The position numbers and the translations under genes are program-made. Below the pieces are notes generated by a model. That model worked only from the letters and a program-made list of their open reading frames with translations, searched no databases and was not told the DNA's origin. Of a stretch of 64,000 bases of DNA, positions 37,695-47,171 are shown one piece after another. Location of the stretch: the NCBI GenBank assembly GCA_965602015.1, contig OZ271918.1:1056001-1120000 (forward strand), given 5' to 3'. Within the stretch, counting starts at the first letter, position 1, and every line of letters begins with the position of its first letter. The stretch comes from Salinispira sp. Lineage in GTDB: Bacteria > Spirochaetota > Spirochaetia > DSM-27196 > Salinispiraceae.

Positions 37695-38900
37695 TTACGC
37701 TCTCCTTATGATAAGCGCCGTTCCCATGCCCCCGCCTATACACAGGGAGGCAAGACCTGTTTTCGCTCCCCGTTTAATCATTTCATAAAGCAGGGTAATG
37801 GTGATCCGGGCGCCGCTGGCTCCAATGGGATGTCCGAGGGCGATGGCGCCGCCGTTCACATTGGTACGTTCCAGCAGGCTGACCATACTGTCCCCGTGTT
37901 CTGCCGAGAGTTCCTTCAAAACGCCTATGCTCTGGGCGGCGAAGGCTTCATTGAGCTCTATGAGCTCCATGTCCGAAAGGGTCAAGCCGGTTTTTTTTAA
38001 TAAGCTGCGGATCGCCGGAACCGGTCCCAGGCCCATTACCGACGGGTCGAGGGCCGCCTGGGAGTATGCCACGATTTCGGCCATGGGCTCGAGGCGGTAT
38101 TTATTTACCGCGTCCTCGGAAGCCAAGAGCAGGGCGGCTGCGCCGTCGTTCAATCCCGATGCATTTCCGGCGGTTACCGTCCCGTCCTTCTCGAACGCCG
38201 GACGCAGACCCGCCAGGGTCTCCTCGGTGGTCTCCGGACGAATATACTCGTCGGTATCTATTGTAGAGACCTTTTTTCGCTCGGCTACGTCCACCGGAGT
38301 AATTTCATCGGCGAAGCGCCCTGAATCCCTGGCGGCTGCAGCCCGTCTCTGGCTTTCTGCAGCAAAGGCATCCTGTTCGCTACGGCTTATGGAATGCTTG
38401 CGGGCAATATTTTCGGCGGTAATGCCCATATGGTAATTGTTGAACACGTCGGTGAGCCCGTCCTGAAGCAGACTGTCTTCCAGCTGCATGGCTCCGAGCT
38501 TGTTGCCCCATCTGGCCTTGGCGGAAACCGTGAACGGTGCAAGGCTCATATTCTCCATTCCCGCCGCAATCGACAGCTGATGTTCTCCCAGGCGGATATT
38601 GTCCGCCGCGAGCATTGCCGCCTTCATACCGCTGCCGCAAAGTATATTTACCGCGTAGGCGGGAACGCTCTCGGGGACCCCGGCGTATATGGAAGCCTGA
38701 CGGCCCGGACCCATGCCCTGACCGTTGTTTATTACGTTACCGACGATGACCTCATCGAGATCCGCAGGGTCTATTCCCGCATCGGAAATCACCGACTTTA
38801 TTACTTCGGCTGCCAGCTTCGCCGCGGGCACGTTTTTAAAACTGCCGCCGAATGCTCCGATTGCCGTACGCTTTGCAGCGACGATGTATACCTTGCTCAC
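37695..38900 (-). CDS. Acetyl-CoA C-acyltransferase (thiolase)
   Basis: NILCGSG, NEAFA, GHPIGASG, LCIGGGMG. Confidence 0.95.
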   Translation of the reverse strand: MSKVYIVAAKRTAIGAFGGSFKNVPAAKLAAEVIKSVISDAGIDPADLDEVIVGNVINNGQGMGPGRQASIYAGVPESVPAYAVNILCGSGMKAAMLAADNIRLGEHQLSIAAGMENMSLAPFTVSAKARWGNKLGAMQLEDSLLQDGLTDVFNNYHMGITAENIARKHSISRSEQDAFAAESQRRAAAARDSGRFADEITPVDVAERKKVSTIDTDEYIRPETTEETLAGLRPAFEKDGTVTAGNASGLNDGAAALLLASEDAVNKYRLEPMAEIVAYSQAALDPSVMGLGPVPAIRSLLKKTGLTLSDMELIELNEAFAAQSIGVLKELSAEHGDSMVSLLERTNVNGGAIALGHPIGASGARITITLLYEMIKRGAKTGLASLCIGGGMGTALIIRRA

Positions 38901-38915
38901 TGTTTCTCTCCTCGT

Positions 38916-40235
38916 TTATACATATCCCAGTTTTTCCGCTTCAGCGGTGAGCTGAGCCCTGAAATCCGGATGGGCGATGGAAATCAACGCCTTGGCCCGT
39001 TGGCTCACCGTTCGGCCTACCAGCCTGACCGCGCCGTATTCCGTGGCGACGAAATCCAGGTCCTGGCGGGGCACCGTCACCGCCGAACCGGCGGGTAGCA
39101 TCGGGACGATGGTGCTGATGCTTCCCTTTTTCGCGCTTGACCTCAGGGCGATAATGCCCTTGCCGTTTTTCGCCTTCTGCGCTCCTCGGTGAGTGTCGAG
39201 CTGACCTCCGGTTCCCGAATACTGCACAGGGCCCAGGCTTTCAGAGCAGACCTGTCCGGTAAGGTCTACGGTTATTGCGGTGTTGATGCTCACCATGTTG
39301 TCGTTCTGAGCGATCACATAGGGGTCGTTGACATAATTTCCCCGCAGTTCGAGAATCGCCGGATTATTATCCAGCCATCGGTACATCCGTTCGCTGCCCA
39401 AGGCAAAGGTGAACACGAATTTGTTCGGCCACAGGGATTTTTTCCGGTTTGTTATGGCTCCGGATTCGAACAAATCGATCATGCTCTCGGTAAACATTTC
39501 GGTATGCACACCCAGGTCCTTTTTGTCGGAGAGCAGGGCGGCCACGGCGTTGGGTATACCGCCTATGCCGATTTGCAGGGTGGCGCCGTCTCCCACGAGG
39601 CCCGCGATATGGGAGGCAATCTCCTTTTCAACCGCGCCGGGCTCAAGAACCGGTATGGTGGGAGGGGCGGCGTCGTGTTCAACGAGGATGTCGGCCTGGC
39701 TGATGTGAACCTGGGTGTCCCCGTGAAGGAAGGGGATTTTCCCGTTTACCTCGAGAACCACTATGTCTGCCGCCTCGATAACCTCGCCTTCATATACATT
39801 CGAAAGACCCAGGTTAAAAAAGCCCGTGGAATCCTGCATAGGCGTCACGGGCCCCCAGTACACAATAGAGGCGCCTTCTTCCTTGAGAGCCTTGAGTTTA
39901 TTTCCTCCGGCTTGATGCAGATTGTTGGGAATAAAATCCACCAGTTTATAGCCCATTTTTGCGGCCTTGCGGTTCGACGGGCCGAAAAACCAATTCTCGT
40001 TCATAAAGATCCCTTCGTAACGGGGATCTTCGCAAAACTCATAGCTCTGCATATTCAGACAGGATAGCACCCGCAGGTGATCAAAATGATCGGCGAAACG
40101 GTGAACCGCTGACATAAAACCCTGACTTTCCATGGAGGCCATGCCCATAATGATTGCCGCGTTTTTCGGCAGTGCCCGGATGGCATTCTCCATGCTTCGC
40201 AATTTACCGGTATATTGGCTTTTCCAATCTGACAT
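38916..40235 (-). CDS. Acetyl-CoA hydrolase/transferase family (4-hydroxybutyrate CoA-transferase-like)
   Basis: LQIGIGGIPNAV, LGVHTEMF, SGTGGQLD, VATEYG, LISIAHPDFR; ATG 40235 after AAGGAG. Confidence 0.92.
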   Translation of the reverse strand: MSDWKSQYTGKLRSMENAIRALPKNAAIIMGMASMESQGFMSAVHRFADHFDHLRVLSCLNMQSYEFCEDPRYEGIFMNENWFFGPSNRKAAKMGYKLVDFIPNNLHQAGGNKLKALKEEGASIVYWGPVTPMQDSTGFFNLGLSNVYEGEVIEAADIVVLEVNGKIPFLHGDTQVHISQADILVEHDAAPPTIPVLEPGAVEKEIASHIAGLVGDGATLQIGIGGIPNAVAALLSDKKDLGVHTEMFTESMIDLFESGAITNRKKSLWPNKFVFTFALGSERMYRWLDNNPAILELRGNYVNDPYVIAQNDNMVSINTAITVDLTGQVCSESLGPVQYSGTGGQLDTHRGAQKAKNGKGIIALRSSAKKGSISTIVPMLPAGSAVTVPRQDLDFVATEYGAVRLVGRTVSQRAKALISIAHPDFRAQLTAEAEKLGYV

Positions 40236-40315
40236 TGACACTCCTTTTCTTATCGGTGAGATTTCCCGGCGGACGTTGAAGATGAATCATCCCGCCCGCT
40301 ACTGCCTAATAGGGG

Positions 40316-41053
40316 CTATATTACCAGGCCGCCGTCAACGCTGATTGTCTGGGCTGTGACGAAGCTCGAGTAATCGCTTGCAAGCCACAAAGCCGCATCA
40401 GCAATGTCTTGGGGCTCGCCCATTCTGGCCAGAAGGGTTTTTGACACCATGGAATCCAGTATCTTCTCGGGTACCTTCTCTGTCATGGGTGTGCGGATAA
40501 ATCCGGGAGCAATGGCGTTGGAACGAACCTTCGCGCCTTTGCGGGCGAACTCTTTTGCCCAGGTCTTTGTCATCGAGACAACTCCGCCTTTGGTTGCCGC
40601 ATAGTTGGACTGGCCCACGTTCCCCGTGAGGGCTACTATGCTCGCCATATTGATAATCGAGCCCGTGCCCTGATTCATCATCCGCGGTCCGATTTCCCGC
40701 CCCATGTTGAATACGCCGGTGAGGTTCACCGCAATGACGGAGTTCCAGTCCTCATCGCTCATCTTTTGAATCAGCCCGTCCCGGGTGATGCCGGCGTTAT
40801 TAACCAGAACGTCGATACGCCCTTCATCTCCCCAGATTTTTTCCACCACTTCCTTAACGCCGGCCGAGTCGGTGACATTACAAACCGCGCTTTTGACGTT
40901 GGGGTACTTCACGGTGACTTCGTCAAAACCGTCGAAGCCCATATCCAGGGCGTACACCGCTTTTGCTTCGGCGGCTGCGAATGTTTCTACGATTTTCCTT
41001 CCAATTCCCCGGGCTCCCCCGGTTACCAAACATACTTTTCCTTCAATTTTCAT
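40316..41053 (-). CDS. fabG: 3-oxoacyl reductase (FabG/PhaB-type SDR)
   Basis: TGGARGIG, NNAGITRD, GQSNYAATK; ATGA overlap with upstream gene. Confidence 0.88.
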   Translation of the reverse strand: MKIEGKVCLVTGGARGIGRKIVETFAAAEAKAVYALDMGFDGFDEVTVKYPNVKSAVCNVTDSAGVKEVVEKIWGDEGRIDVLVNNAGITRDGLIQKMSDEDWNSVIAVNLTGVFNMGREIGPRMMNQGTGSIINMASIVALTGNVGQSNYAATKGGVVSMTKTWAKEFARKGAKVRSNAIAPGFIRTPMTEKVPEKILDSMVSKTLLARMGEPQDIADAALWLASDYSSFVTAQTISVDGGLVI

Positions 41054-42063
41054 GTGCTTACTCCCCATTGTATTGTGGCGGCCGCCCAGACAAATCCGAT
41101 TCCGGCCCCGACCATAACAATATGGTCTCCGTTTTTGATTTTTCCGCTTTTAATCCCCTCCATAATGGAGATGATCTGGTCGTTCTGGCCGACATGGCCG
41201 TATTCATTCAGATAGGTTGTCTGATCATCGCTCAGTCCGAGCTCCTGAAGCACCAGGTCATGGGTGCTTCGCTTAAAATGGAGAATGGCCAAATAGTCGA
41301 TGTCAGCGTCGGTGAGCCCGCCCTTTTTAAGGGATTCGCGGATTACCGCATAAAAATTCGGCAGGGTCCGTTCACCAAGTTTTTTCTTGAAGCTGTCCAC
41401 GTCGTCGATGACGAAGTGCATGTTGTGGGTATCCTCGGGACTGGGCGGCCAGGCAGCGCTTCCGCCGGCCTTGATTACGCAATCAGTGGAAAAACTTCCG
41501 TCGCCCCTGAAGGCAGTTCCCACTATGCGGTTAGCTTTTTGGTTTTTTCCGAGAATCATTGCGGCGCCTCCGGCACCGATGTCGTACATAAATGAAGTCT
41601 CTTTTACGTCATAACTTACCATGTCGCCGTTGCGGTAGCCGCTGACCAGGAGGACCGTTTTATACTCGCTGTTGGCGATCATCAGGCTTCGGGCTACTTC
41701 CATTCCCGCCATCATTGAGCCGCACATTGCCTCCATATCGAAGCTCCAAGCGTTATCGGCCCCGATTTCCCGGGCGACGTGCAGGCCTGCCAGCCAGTTC
41801 AGGTAATCCTTGTGCTGGGCACCGTTCCAGATAACCACGTCTATATCTTTTGGGTCGATGCCGGCCATTTCTATGGCATCACGGGCGGCGGCAATACCCA
41901 TCGCGCTGGTGGTGTCTTCAGGTCCGGGCACCGGTTTGCGGTCGACGCCGAATTTCTCCCGGATGACGTTTTCCGGTATTCCGCTTTTTTCCGCAATCTG
42001 CGAGGCATCCATCCAATGATCCGGGGTGTACACCCCGAGCCCCATAATTCCAATTTCAGTCAT
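41050..42063 (-). CDS. KAS III (FabH)-like protein with Cys/His/His active site
   Basis: DMEAMCGS, AILHFK, YGHVGQND, GAGIG; ATG 42063. Confidence 0.85.
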   Translation of the reverse strand: MTEIGIMGLGVYTPDHWMDASQIAEKSGIPENVIREKFGVDRKPVPGPEDTTSAMGIAAARDAIEMAGIDPKDIDVVIWNGAQHKDYLNWLAGLHVAREIGADNAWSFDMEAMCGSMMAGMEVARSLMIANSEYKTVLLVSGYRNGDMVSYDVKETSFMYDIGAGGAAMILGKNQKANRIVGTAFRGDGSFSTDCVIKAGGSAAWPPSPEDTHNMHFVIDDVDSFKKKLGERTLPNFYAVIRESLKKGGLTDADIDYLAILHFKRSTHDLVLQELGLSDDQTTYLNEYGHVGQNDQIISIMEGIKSGKIKNGDHIVMVGAGIGFVWAAATIQWGVST

Positions 42064-42081
42064 AAGATTGTCCTGTTCCCA

Positions 42082-42103
42082 AAAAATGAGAACCAATTCA
42101 GTT
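42082..42103. promoter_or_regulatory. Candidate operator copy 1 (AAAAATGAGAACCAATTCAGTT)
   Basis: 20/22 identical to the reverse complement of 46934-46955; just upstream of the second KAS III gene. Confidence 0.6.
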
Positions 42104-42110
42104 CGTTTTC

Positions 42111-42144
42111 AAAAAAACACCCCTTCCCGAATGTTCGGGAAGGG
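42111..42144 (-). terminator. Rho-independent terminator after the Liv-type binding protein gene
   Basis: CCCTTCCCGA-ACAT-TCGGGAAGGG then GTGTTTTTTT on the minus strand. Confidence 0.8.
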
Positions 42145-42163
42145 ATGGTTCCGTAGTTCGCAA

Positions 42164-43387
42164 TCAGTCGAGAATGTCGGTTATGGCTTCGAGGGGCTGA
42201 TCCACAACCCAACCGGGGGCGCCGTCATAGGTTGCCAGAAGGAGGGCCATGGCCTGGGTTCCCACCCGGCGGCCGTTTGCGAAATCTACCGTGCCTCCCA
42301 GGGGGATTTCCACCGGTGCATCTTCCATCGCGTCGATGTAGTTATCCCAGGTGAGGGCGCCATCGCCGACCCGCTCAAGACCCTGTACGAAAATTGCCGC
42401 CGCAATCCAGCCTGCCTGGGCGTAGGGATTGCCTGCAAGCGCGGCATCGATTTTGCTGACTTCATCGACGAAGGTGTTGAGGGCGTCGGTCGGATTGCCG
42501 TCTGCATCGACTACCTGGAGCCAGGCGTTCGCGTAGACATCAAAACTTTCGAGTGCTTCGCTGACCCCTTCGACGAAGGTGGGTGCTGCGTTAACATAGC
42601 TGGTGATGACCGGAACATCATTGCCCGCTGCCGCGAGAGCCTTAATGGCCACTTCCGCAGGGACCTGATTTGCCGCAACCAGGACCACGTCCACATCTTC
42701 ACTGAGAATAGTCTGGGCTGCGGAACTCATATCGTTTGAATCCGGGGCGACCTGTACCTCAACCACGTCGACCCCAAGGGCGCCGGCACGGAGGTAGATT
42801 CCCGCCAAAAGCCCTTTTCCGTCATCGGCGTTGGGGTAAATGACGCCGATTTTGTCGGCACCAAAATCCGCCACGGCCCGGGCCACCATTACTTCGCCTT
42901 CGGCGTCATAGATGGGCTGGACGGGGAAAGATGCCCGCTCGCCGCCTTCGGCTTCGAGATTAAAAAGGGATCGCAGACCTGTTGCGTAATACACCCGGGG
43001 AATTCCCACGGTATTGAGGTATTCCTGGGTTGCCGCTACCGTCGGGGTGCCGAAGTGGCCGACGAATGCGAATATTTGATCGTCTTCAACAAGGCGCTGG
43101 GCGTAGGTGAGGCCCTGAGCTCCGTCGAACTCGTCATCGTAGTGCACCCATTCGATGGTTCTCCCGGCGACTCCGCCGGCGCCGTTTACCATGGCAAAGT
43201 AGGCTTCGATTCCCTGGTTGAAGGGAACTCCGACGAAAGCAAGGGCGCCGCTGGTGGCGGCCGCGTTACCGACCAGGACCGTAGTGTCGGTTACCCCCTG
43301 GGATGCCGCTTCTTCGCCTGCGCCATTCGCCCATGCGGCGAATGCCAACGCTACAATCAGCACGATCGCTATTGTAAACCTTTTCAT
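42164..43387 (-). CDS. Liv/HAAT-family ABC transporter substrate-binding protein
   Basis: Signal peptide, SGALA..G, N..GGVAGR, YDD; ATG 43387 after AGGAGG. Confidence 0.88.
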   Translation of the reverse strand: MKRFTIAIVLIVALAFAAWANGAGEEAASQGVTDTTVLVGNAAATSGALAFVGVPFNQGIEAYFAMVNGAGGVAGRTIEWVHYDDEFDGAQGLTYAQRLVEDDQIFAFVGHFGTPTVAATQEYLNTVGIPRVYYATGLRSLFNLEAEGGERASFPVQPIYDAEGEVMVARAVADFGADKIGVIYPNADDGKGLLAGIYLRAGALGVDVVEVQVAPDSNDMSSAAQTILSEDVDVVLVAANQVPAEVAIKALAAAGNDVPVITSYVNAAPTFVEGVSEALESFDVYANAWLQVVDADGNPTDALNTFVDEVSKIDAALAGNPYAQAGWIAAAIFVQGLERVGDGALTWDNYIDAMEDAPVEIPLGGTVDFANGRRVGTQAMALLLATYDGAPGWVVDQPLEAITDILD

Positions 43388-43449
43388 AACTCCTCCTAGA
43401 GTTGTGTCTGCTGTTTTCCGCCGGGGGCGGTTCGATTGAATAATCATTG

Positions 43450-44175
43450 CTATTTACCTAAATAGGCCTCGACCAGCTCGGGATCCTTCCTCAGCTGCTC
43501 GGCGCTGCCGGATTTAACCAGGCTTCCTACCTGAAGCACGTAGGCATAGTCGGCAATTTTCAGGGTTTGCATGGCGTTCTGCTCGACGATGAGGACCGTG
43601 GTGCCGTTATTTCGGATTTCCTCGATGATTGCGAAAATATCCCTGACAATCAGCGGCGCAAGGCCCAAAGAAGGTTCATCCAGTATGAGCAGTTTCGGGC
43701 TTGCCATAAGCGCGCGGCCTATGGCGAGCATCTGCTGTTCCCCTCCCGAAAGGGTTTGAGCGATCTGGGAATCCCGCTCCTTCAGGACCGGAAAATAGGC
43801 AAACACCTGATCAAGGTTTTTCTGCAGCTTCCGTTTGTCCTTCACGGTGAACCCGCCGATCTGAAGGTTTTCCCGCACCGTCAACTCGCCAAAAATCTGC
43901 CGGCCCTCCGGCGACTGGGAAATCCCTCCCTGGGCAATAAGCTCGGGGCTCAAGCGGGTGATGTCCCGGTCTTCAAACAGGATGGATCCCGATGCCGCAG
44001 GTATCAGACCGGATATTTTTTTAAGGAGACTCGTCTTGCCCCCGCCGTTCGCGCCGAGAATCGCGACGATGCTGCCCCGGGGTACGTCCAGGCTCACGGA
44101 TTTTAATGCCTGAATCGCTCCGTAGCTCACGCTCAGGTCGGTAATTTTCAGAAGCAGTTCCTTGTGTTCTTTCAT
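43450..44175 (-). CDS. livF: Liv-type ABC ATPase (LivF-like)
   Basis: GANGGGKT, LSGGEQQMLAIGRALM, LDEPSLGLAP, VEQNA. Confidence 0.9.
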   Translation of the reverse strand: MKEHKELLLKITDLSVSYGAIQALKSVSLDVPRGSIVAILGANGGGKTSLLKKISGLIPAASGSILFEDRDITRLSPELIAQGGISQSPEGRQIFGELTVRENLQIGGFTVKDKRKLQKNLDQVFAYFPVLKERDSQIAQTLSGGEQQMLAIGRALMASPKLLILDEPSLGLAPLIVRDIFAIIEEIRNNGTTVLIVEQNAMQTLKIADYAYVLQVGSLVKSGSAEQLRKDPELVEAYLGK

Positions 44176-44963
44176 GCTTCCTCCTCCCGGCCGAGATAGG
44201 CCTCCTGAACCTGGGGATCGGTTTTGATTTTGTCAGGGGTGTCCATCGCCAGAAACTTCCCGAAATTGATTGCGCATACCCGGTCGCAGATATTCATAAC
44301 CAGCCCCATGTCGTGTTCGATGAGAAGTATGGAGGTGCTGAACTCGTCGCGGATGCGGTAAATAAGCTTGTCCAACTCCTCGGTTTCCTTGTCGTTGAGT
44401 CCGGCGGCGGGTTCATCGAGGATGAGCAGCCGGGGACGGGCCAATAGGGCCCGGGCAATCTCTATTTTTTTCAGGATGCCGTAAGGCTGACCGGCGGCAT
44501 ATGCGTACATCAGTTGATCGATGCCGAGGAATTTCAGCACTGCCACCGCCCGCTCCCGGGCAGCATCTTCCTCCAGCCGGGCCTTTTTGGTTTTTATCAG
44601 GTGTGAGAACACGCCGGTGGCGAACTGTGTATGGGCTCCAATCATCACATTGTCCAGAATTGAAAGATCAGGAACCAGCTCGAGGTTCTGAAAGGTGCGG
44701 ACTATTCCCTGGTTGACCACCCGGGAGACGTCCACATCTTTTAGATCGATCATGCCTCCGGGACCCGAGTAGGTAATCGAACCCTGGTATCCCTTGTAAA
44801 ATTGGGTGACGCAGTTAAAAACCGTCGTTTTGCCCGCCCCGTTGGGGCCGATCAGGCCGACAATCTCGCCCTCGTTTATAGTGAAGCTTAAGCCGTCGAC
44901 GGCTCTCAGCCCGCCGAAGGTCATGGTGACCGAATCAAGGCGGAGTAGGGGAGTGCTGTTCAT
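44172..44963 (-). CDS. livG: Liv-type ABC ATPase (LivG-like)
   Basis: GPNGAGKTT, RTFQN, LDEPAAG, IEHDM. Confidence 0.9.
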   Translation of the reverse strand: MNSTPLLRLDSVTMTFGGLRAVDGLSFTINEGEIVGLIGPNGAGKTTVFNCVTQFYKGYQGSITYSGPGGMIDLKDVDVSRVVNQGIVRTFQNLELVPDLSILDNVMIGAHTQFATGVFSHLIKTKKARLEEDAARERAVAVLKFLGIDQLMYAYAAGQPYGILKKIEIARALLARPRLLILDEPAAGLNDKETEELDKLIYRIRDEFSTSILLIEHDMGLVMNICDRVCAINFGKFLAMDTPDKIKTDPQVQEAYLGREEEA

Positions 44964-46036
44964 TTCTTACCTCCCGGAATACCGTCTGCGGGCCGGACCT
45001 TTCTGCGGAACAGCCTTTTAATATCCTCACCGACGAATACGAATCCCCGGGGGTAAAAGAGGATAACCAGGATGATCAGCACCCCCGAAAACACGTAGGA
45101 GATATCGCCGAGCAAATCTTTCAAAAAGAGATTGGGAATACCGTAAATTATCAGAGCTCCCAGGAAGGTGCCGATGATGGATTTGAATCCGCCCACGACG
45201 ACCATGGCGATTATTAAAAGGCTGATATTCAGGGTCCAGGCCCGGGTAGGGGCATTCTGAAAAAACATCGCGTACAAGATTCCCCCGCCGGTGGCGTAGA
45301 CCGTGGCGGTGATAAAGGCGATCAGCCGGTATTTCAGAATATTGATTCCCATTGCCTGTGCTGCGTGTTCGCTGCGGCTCATGGCCATGAGCGCTCTGCC
45401 GGTGCGGCTTTTGACCAGATTGTGCATCAGCAGCATGCCGATCAATTGTGCGGCAATTATCAACGCGAATAAGATGCTCCGGTGCACCTGAAGGATCTGG
45501 TTGAGCTCAATAAAACCCAGGAGGCGAACCGCTCCGATCTTGATAAATTCCCCGCCGAAAATGGGAACCGAGGTGTATATCTGCCGGAGTATTTCACCGA
45601 TGAAGAGGGTGGCGATGGCAAGGTATATGCTCTCGACTTTCAGGGAAAACAACCCGATCAAGGCACCCAGGCCTGCGGCTATCAGCAATACGAGGACCGC
45701 CGACAGTTCGAAGGGTAGACCCATCTGCAGGAATACCCCCATCCCTAAAGCGCCGGCGCCGATAAATCCCGCAGTACCCAGTGAAATCAGGCCGCTGAAT
45801 CCCAGAAGTATGTTCATTCCCAGCGCCACCACCGTGTAAATGCCCGTGTAGGCGAATATGCTCATGGTGGAGAAACGCATAAGACCCAGGTGGGGCAAAA
45901 CGGCGATTAGCATTAATCCCAGGTTCAGAAGCAGAATTTGCAACACCGGATTCCCGGAAAGCGCCGGACGGGGTTTCCCGCTGCCCCCGCCTTTATGGCT
46001 CGATTTTTTTTCTATTTTACTTTTCATCGACGTCAT
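44960..46036 (-). CDS. livM: Liv-type ABC permease (LivM-like)
   Basis: GFSGLISLG, YLAIATL, SRTGRA, GG..S..G; ATGA overlap with livH. Confidence 0.88.
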   Translation of the reverse strand: MTSMKSKIEKKSSHKGGGSGKPRPALSGNPVLQILLLNLGLMLIAVLPHLGLMRFSTMSIFAYTGIYTVVALGMNILLGFSGLISLGTAGFIGAGALGMGVFLQMGLPFELSAVLVLLIAAGLGALIGLFSLKVESIYLAIATLFIGEILRQIYTSVPIFGGEFIKIGAVRLLGFIELNQILQVHRSILFALIIAAQLIGMLLMHNLVKSRTGRALMAMSRSEHAAQAMGINILKYRLIAFITATVYATGGGILYAMFFQNAPTRAWTLNISLLIIAMVVVGGFKSIIGTFLGALIIYGIPNLFLKDLLGDISYVFSGVLIILVILFYPRGFVFVGEDIKRLFRRKVRPADGIPGGKK

Positions 46037-46908
46037 ACCTTTTTGATGAGTTTCTTGCCGAACAGGCCGTAGGGCTTGAAGTAGAGGAATACAAGGATTG
46101 CCGAATACACAATGACATTTCCCCATACGTCTGAGATGTAGAACGCGGTGAAATTCCTGGCGAAGGCGATGATAAACGATCCGGCAACCGGACCGGCGAA
46201 GGTGGAAAATCCCCCGAGCACGCCTGCGAAGAAGGCGCTCACCTGCACATCGAGCAGCATGTTCGGATTAACGCTGGACTGGGGGGCAACGATGAGGGCC
46301 GCCAGGGTACCCATCATGGCTGCGCTGGCCCAGGAAATCATGGTCACAGTCCTGGTCGGAACGCCCATGAGCTTTGCCGTGCTCTCGCTGGCGGCGGTTA
46401 CGCGGATGGCAAGGCCCCAGCGGGTTTTCTGAATGAACCAGAACAGGAAGCCCATGAGGGTAAGCGATACGGCGATAACAAAAACCGTATTGTAACGCAG
46501 GGTGGCGTCCCCGATGTTCACGCTCGCGCCCGGTATGAAGCTCGGAAGCCGGTAGGGGTCGACTCCGAAGAGCAAAGGAATCAGTCCGACAATGACCATA
46601 ATCAAACCGAGGGTGATAATCTGCTTCGAAATCGGGCTAACCCTGGCTGCGGGCCTGATAATAAAGGTATCGATGAGAATACCCGTTAAAAAAGCGGTTA
46701 CCAGGGATACCAGGGCCACAAGCCAGATGCTCCAGCCCCAGGTGGTTAACAGGATTCCCGCCACATATGCATTCAATGTCCCTATGGAGCCTTGGGCGAA
46801 ATTCGTCGTGCGGCTCGTTTTCCAGATCAGCGCTATGCCCAAGGCTGCCAGGGCATAGGTGCTGCCGGTTTGCATGCTGTTAAACAGAATCCGGAGGATG
46901 TTATCCAT
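46033..46908 (-). CDS. livH: Liv-type ABC permease (LivH-like)
   Basis: YALAALG, NFAQG, KTRWGLAIR, VLGG, KPYGLFG. Confidence 0.88.
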   Translation of the reverse strand: MDNILRILFNSMQTGSTYALAALGIALIWKTSRTTNFAQGSIGTLNAYVAGILLTTWGWSIWLVALVSLVTAFLTGILIDTFIIRPAARVSPISKQIITLGLIMVIVGLIPLLFGVDPYRLPSFIPGASVNIGDATLRYNTVFVIAVSLTLMGFLFWFIQKTRWGLAIRVTAASESTAKLMGVPTRTVTMISWASAAMMGTLAALIVAPQSSVNPNMLLDVQVSAFFAGVLGGFSTFAGPVAGSFIIAFARNFTAFYISDVWGNVIVYSAILVFLYFKPYGLFGKKLIKKV

Positions 46909-46933
46909 CGAATCTCCTCGATCATTTTTCGAA

Positions 46934-46955
46934 AACCGAATCGGTTCTCATTTTT
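46934..46955. promoter_or_regulatory. Candidate operator copy 2 (contains palindrome AACCGA-A-TCGGTT), downstream of a minus-strand TTGACA (46983-46988)
   Basis: Near-identical inverted copy of 42082-42103. Confidence 0.6.
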
Positions 46956-47171
46956 AGTGATTTTCACCCCGGTTTTACCATCTGTCAAGAAAAAAGTGAG
47001 AGGTGATTCATCTCTTACTTTTTTCTGTTTTTATGGCTGCAGCGGGGTTTATTGGCTGCAAGCCGAGTACGCTTGACAAAAGAGGACGGCGATCTGATAT
47101 TTGGACGTGCCGGAATGTCCCCGTCAATGGAGAAGATCCTCCGGCAGCTATTGCTCTAAGGAGGAAATCCG

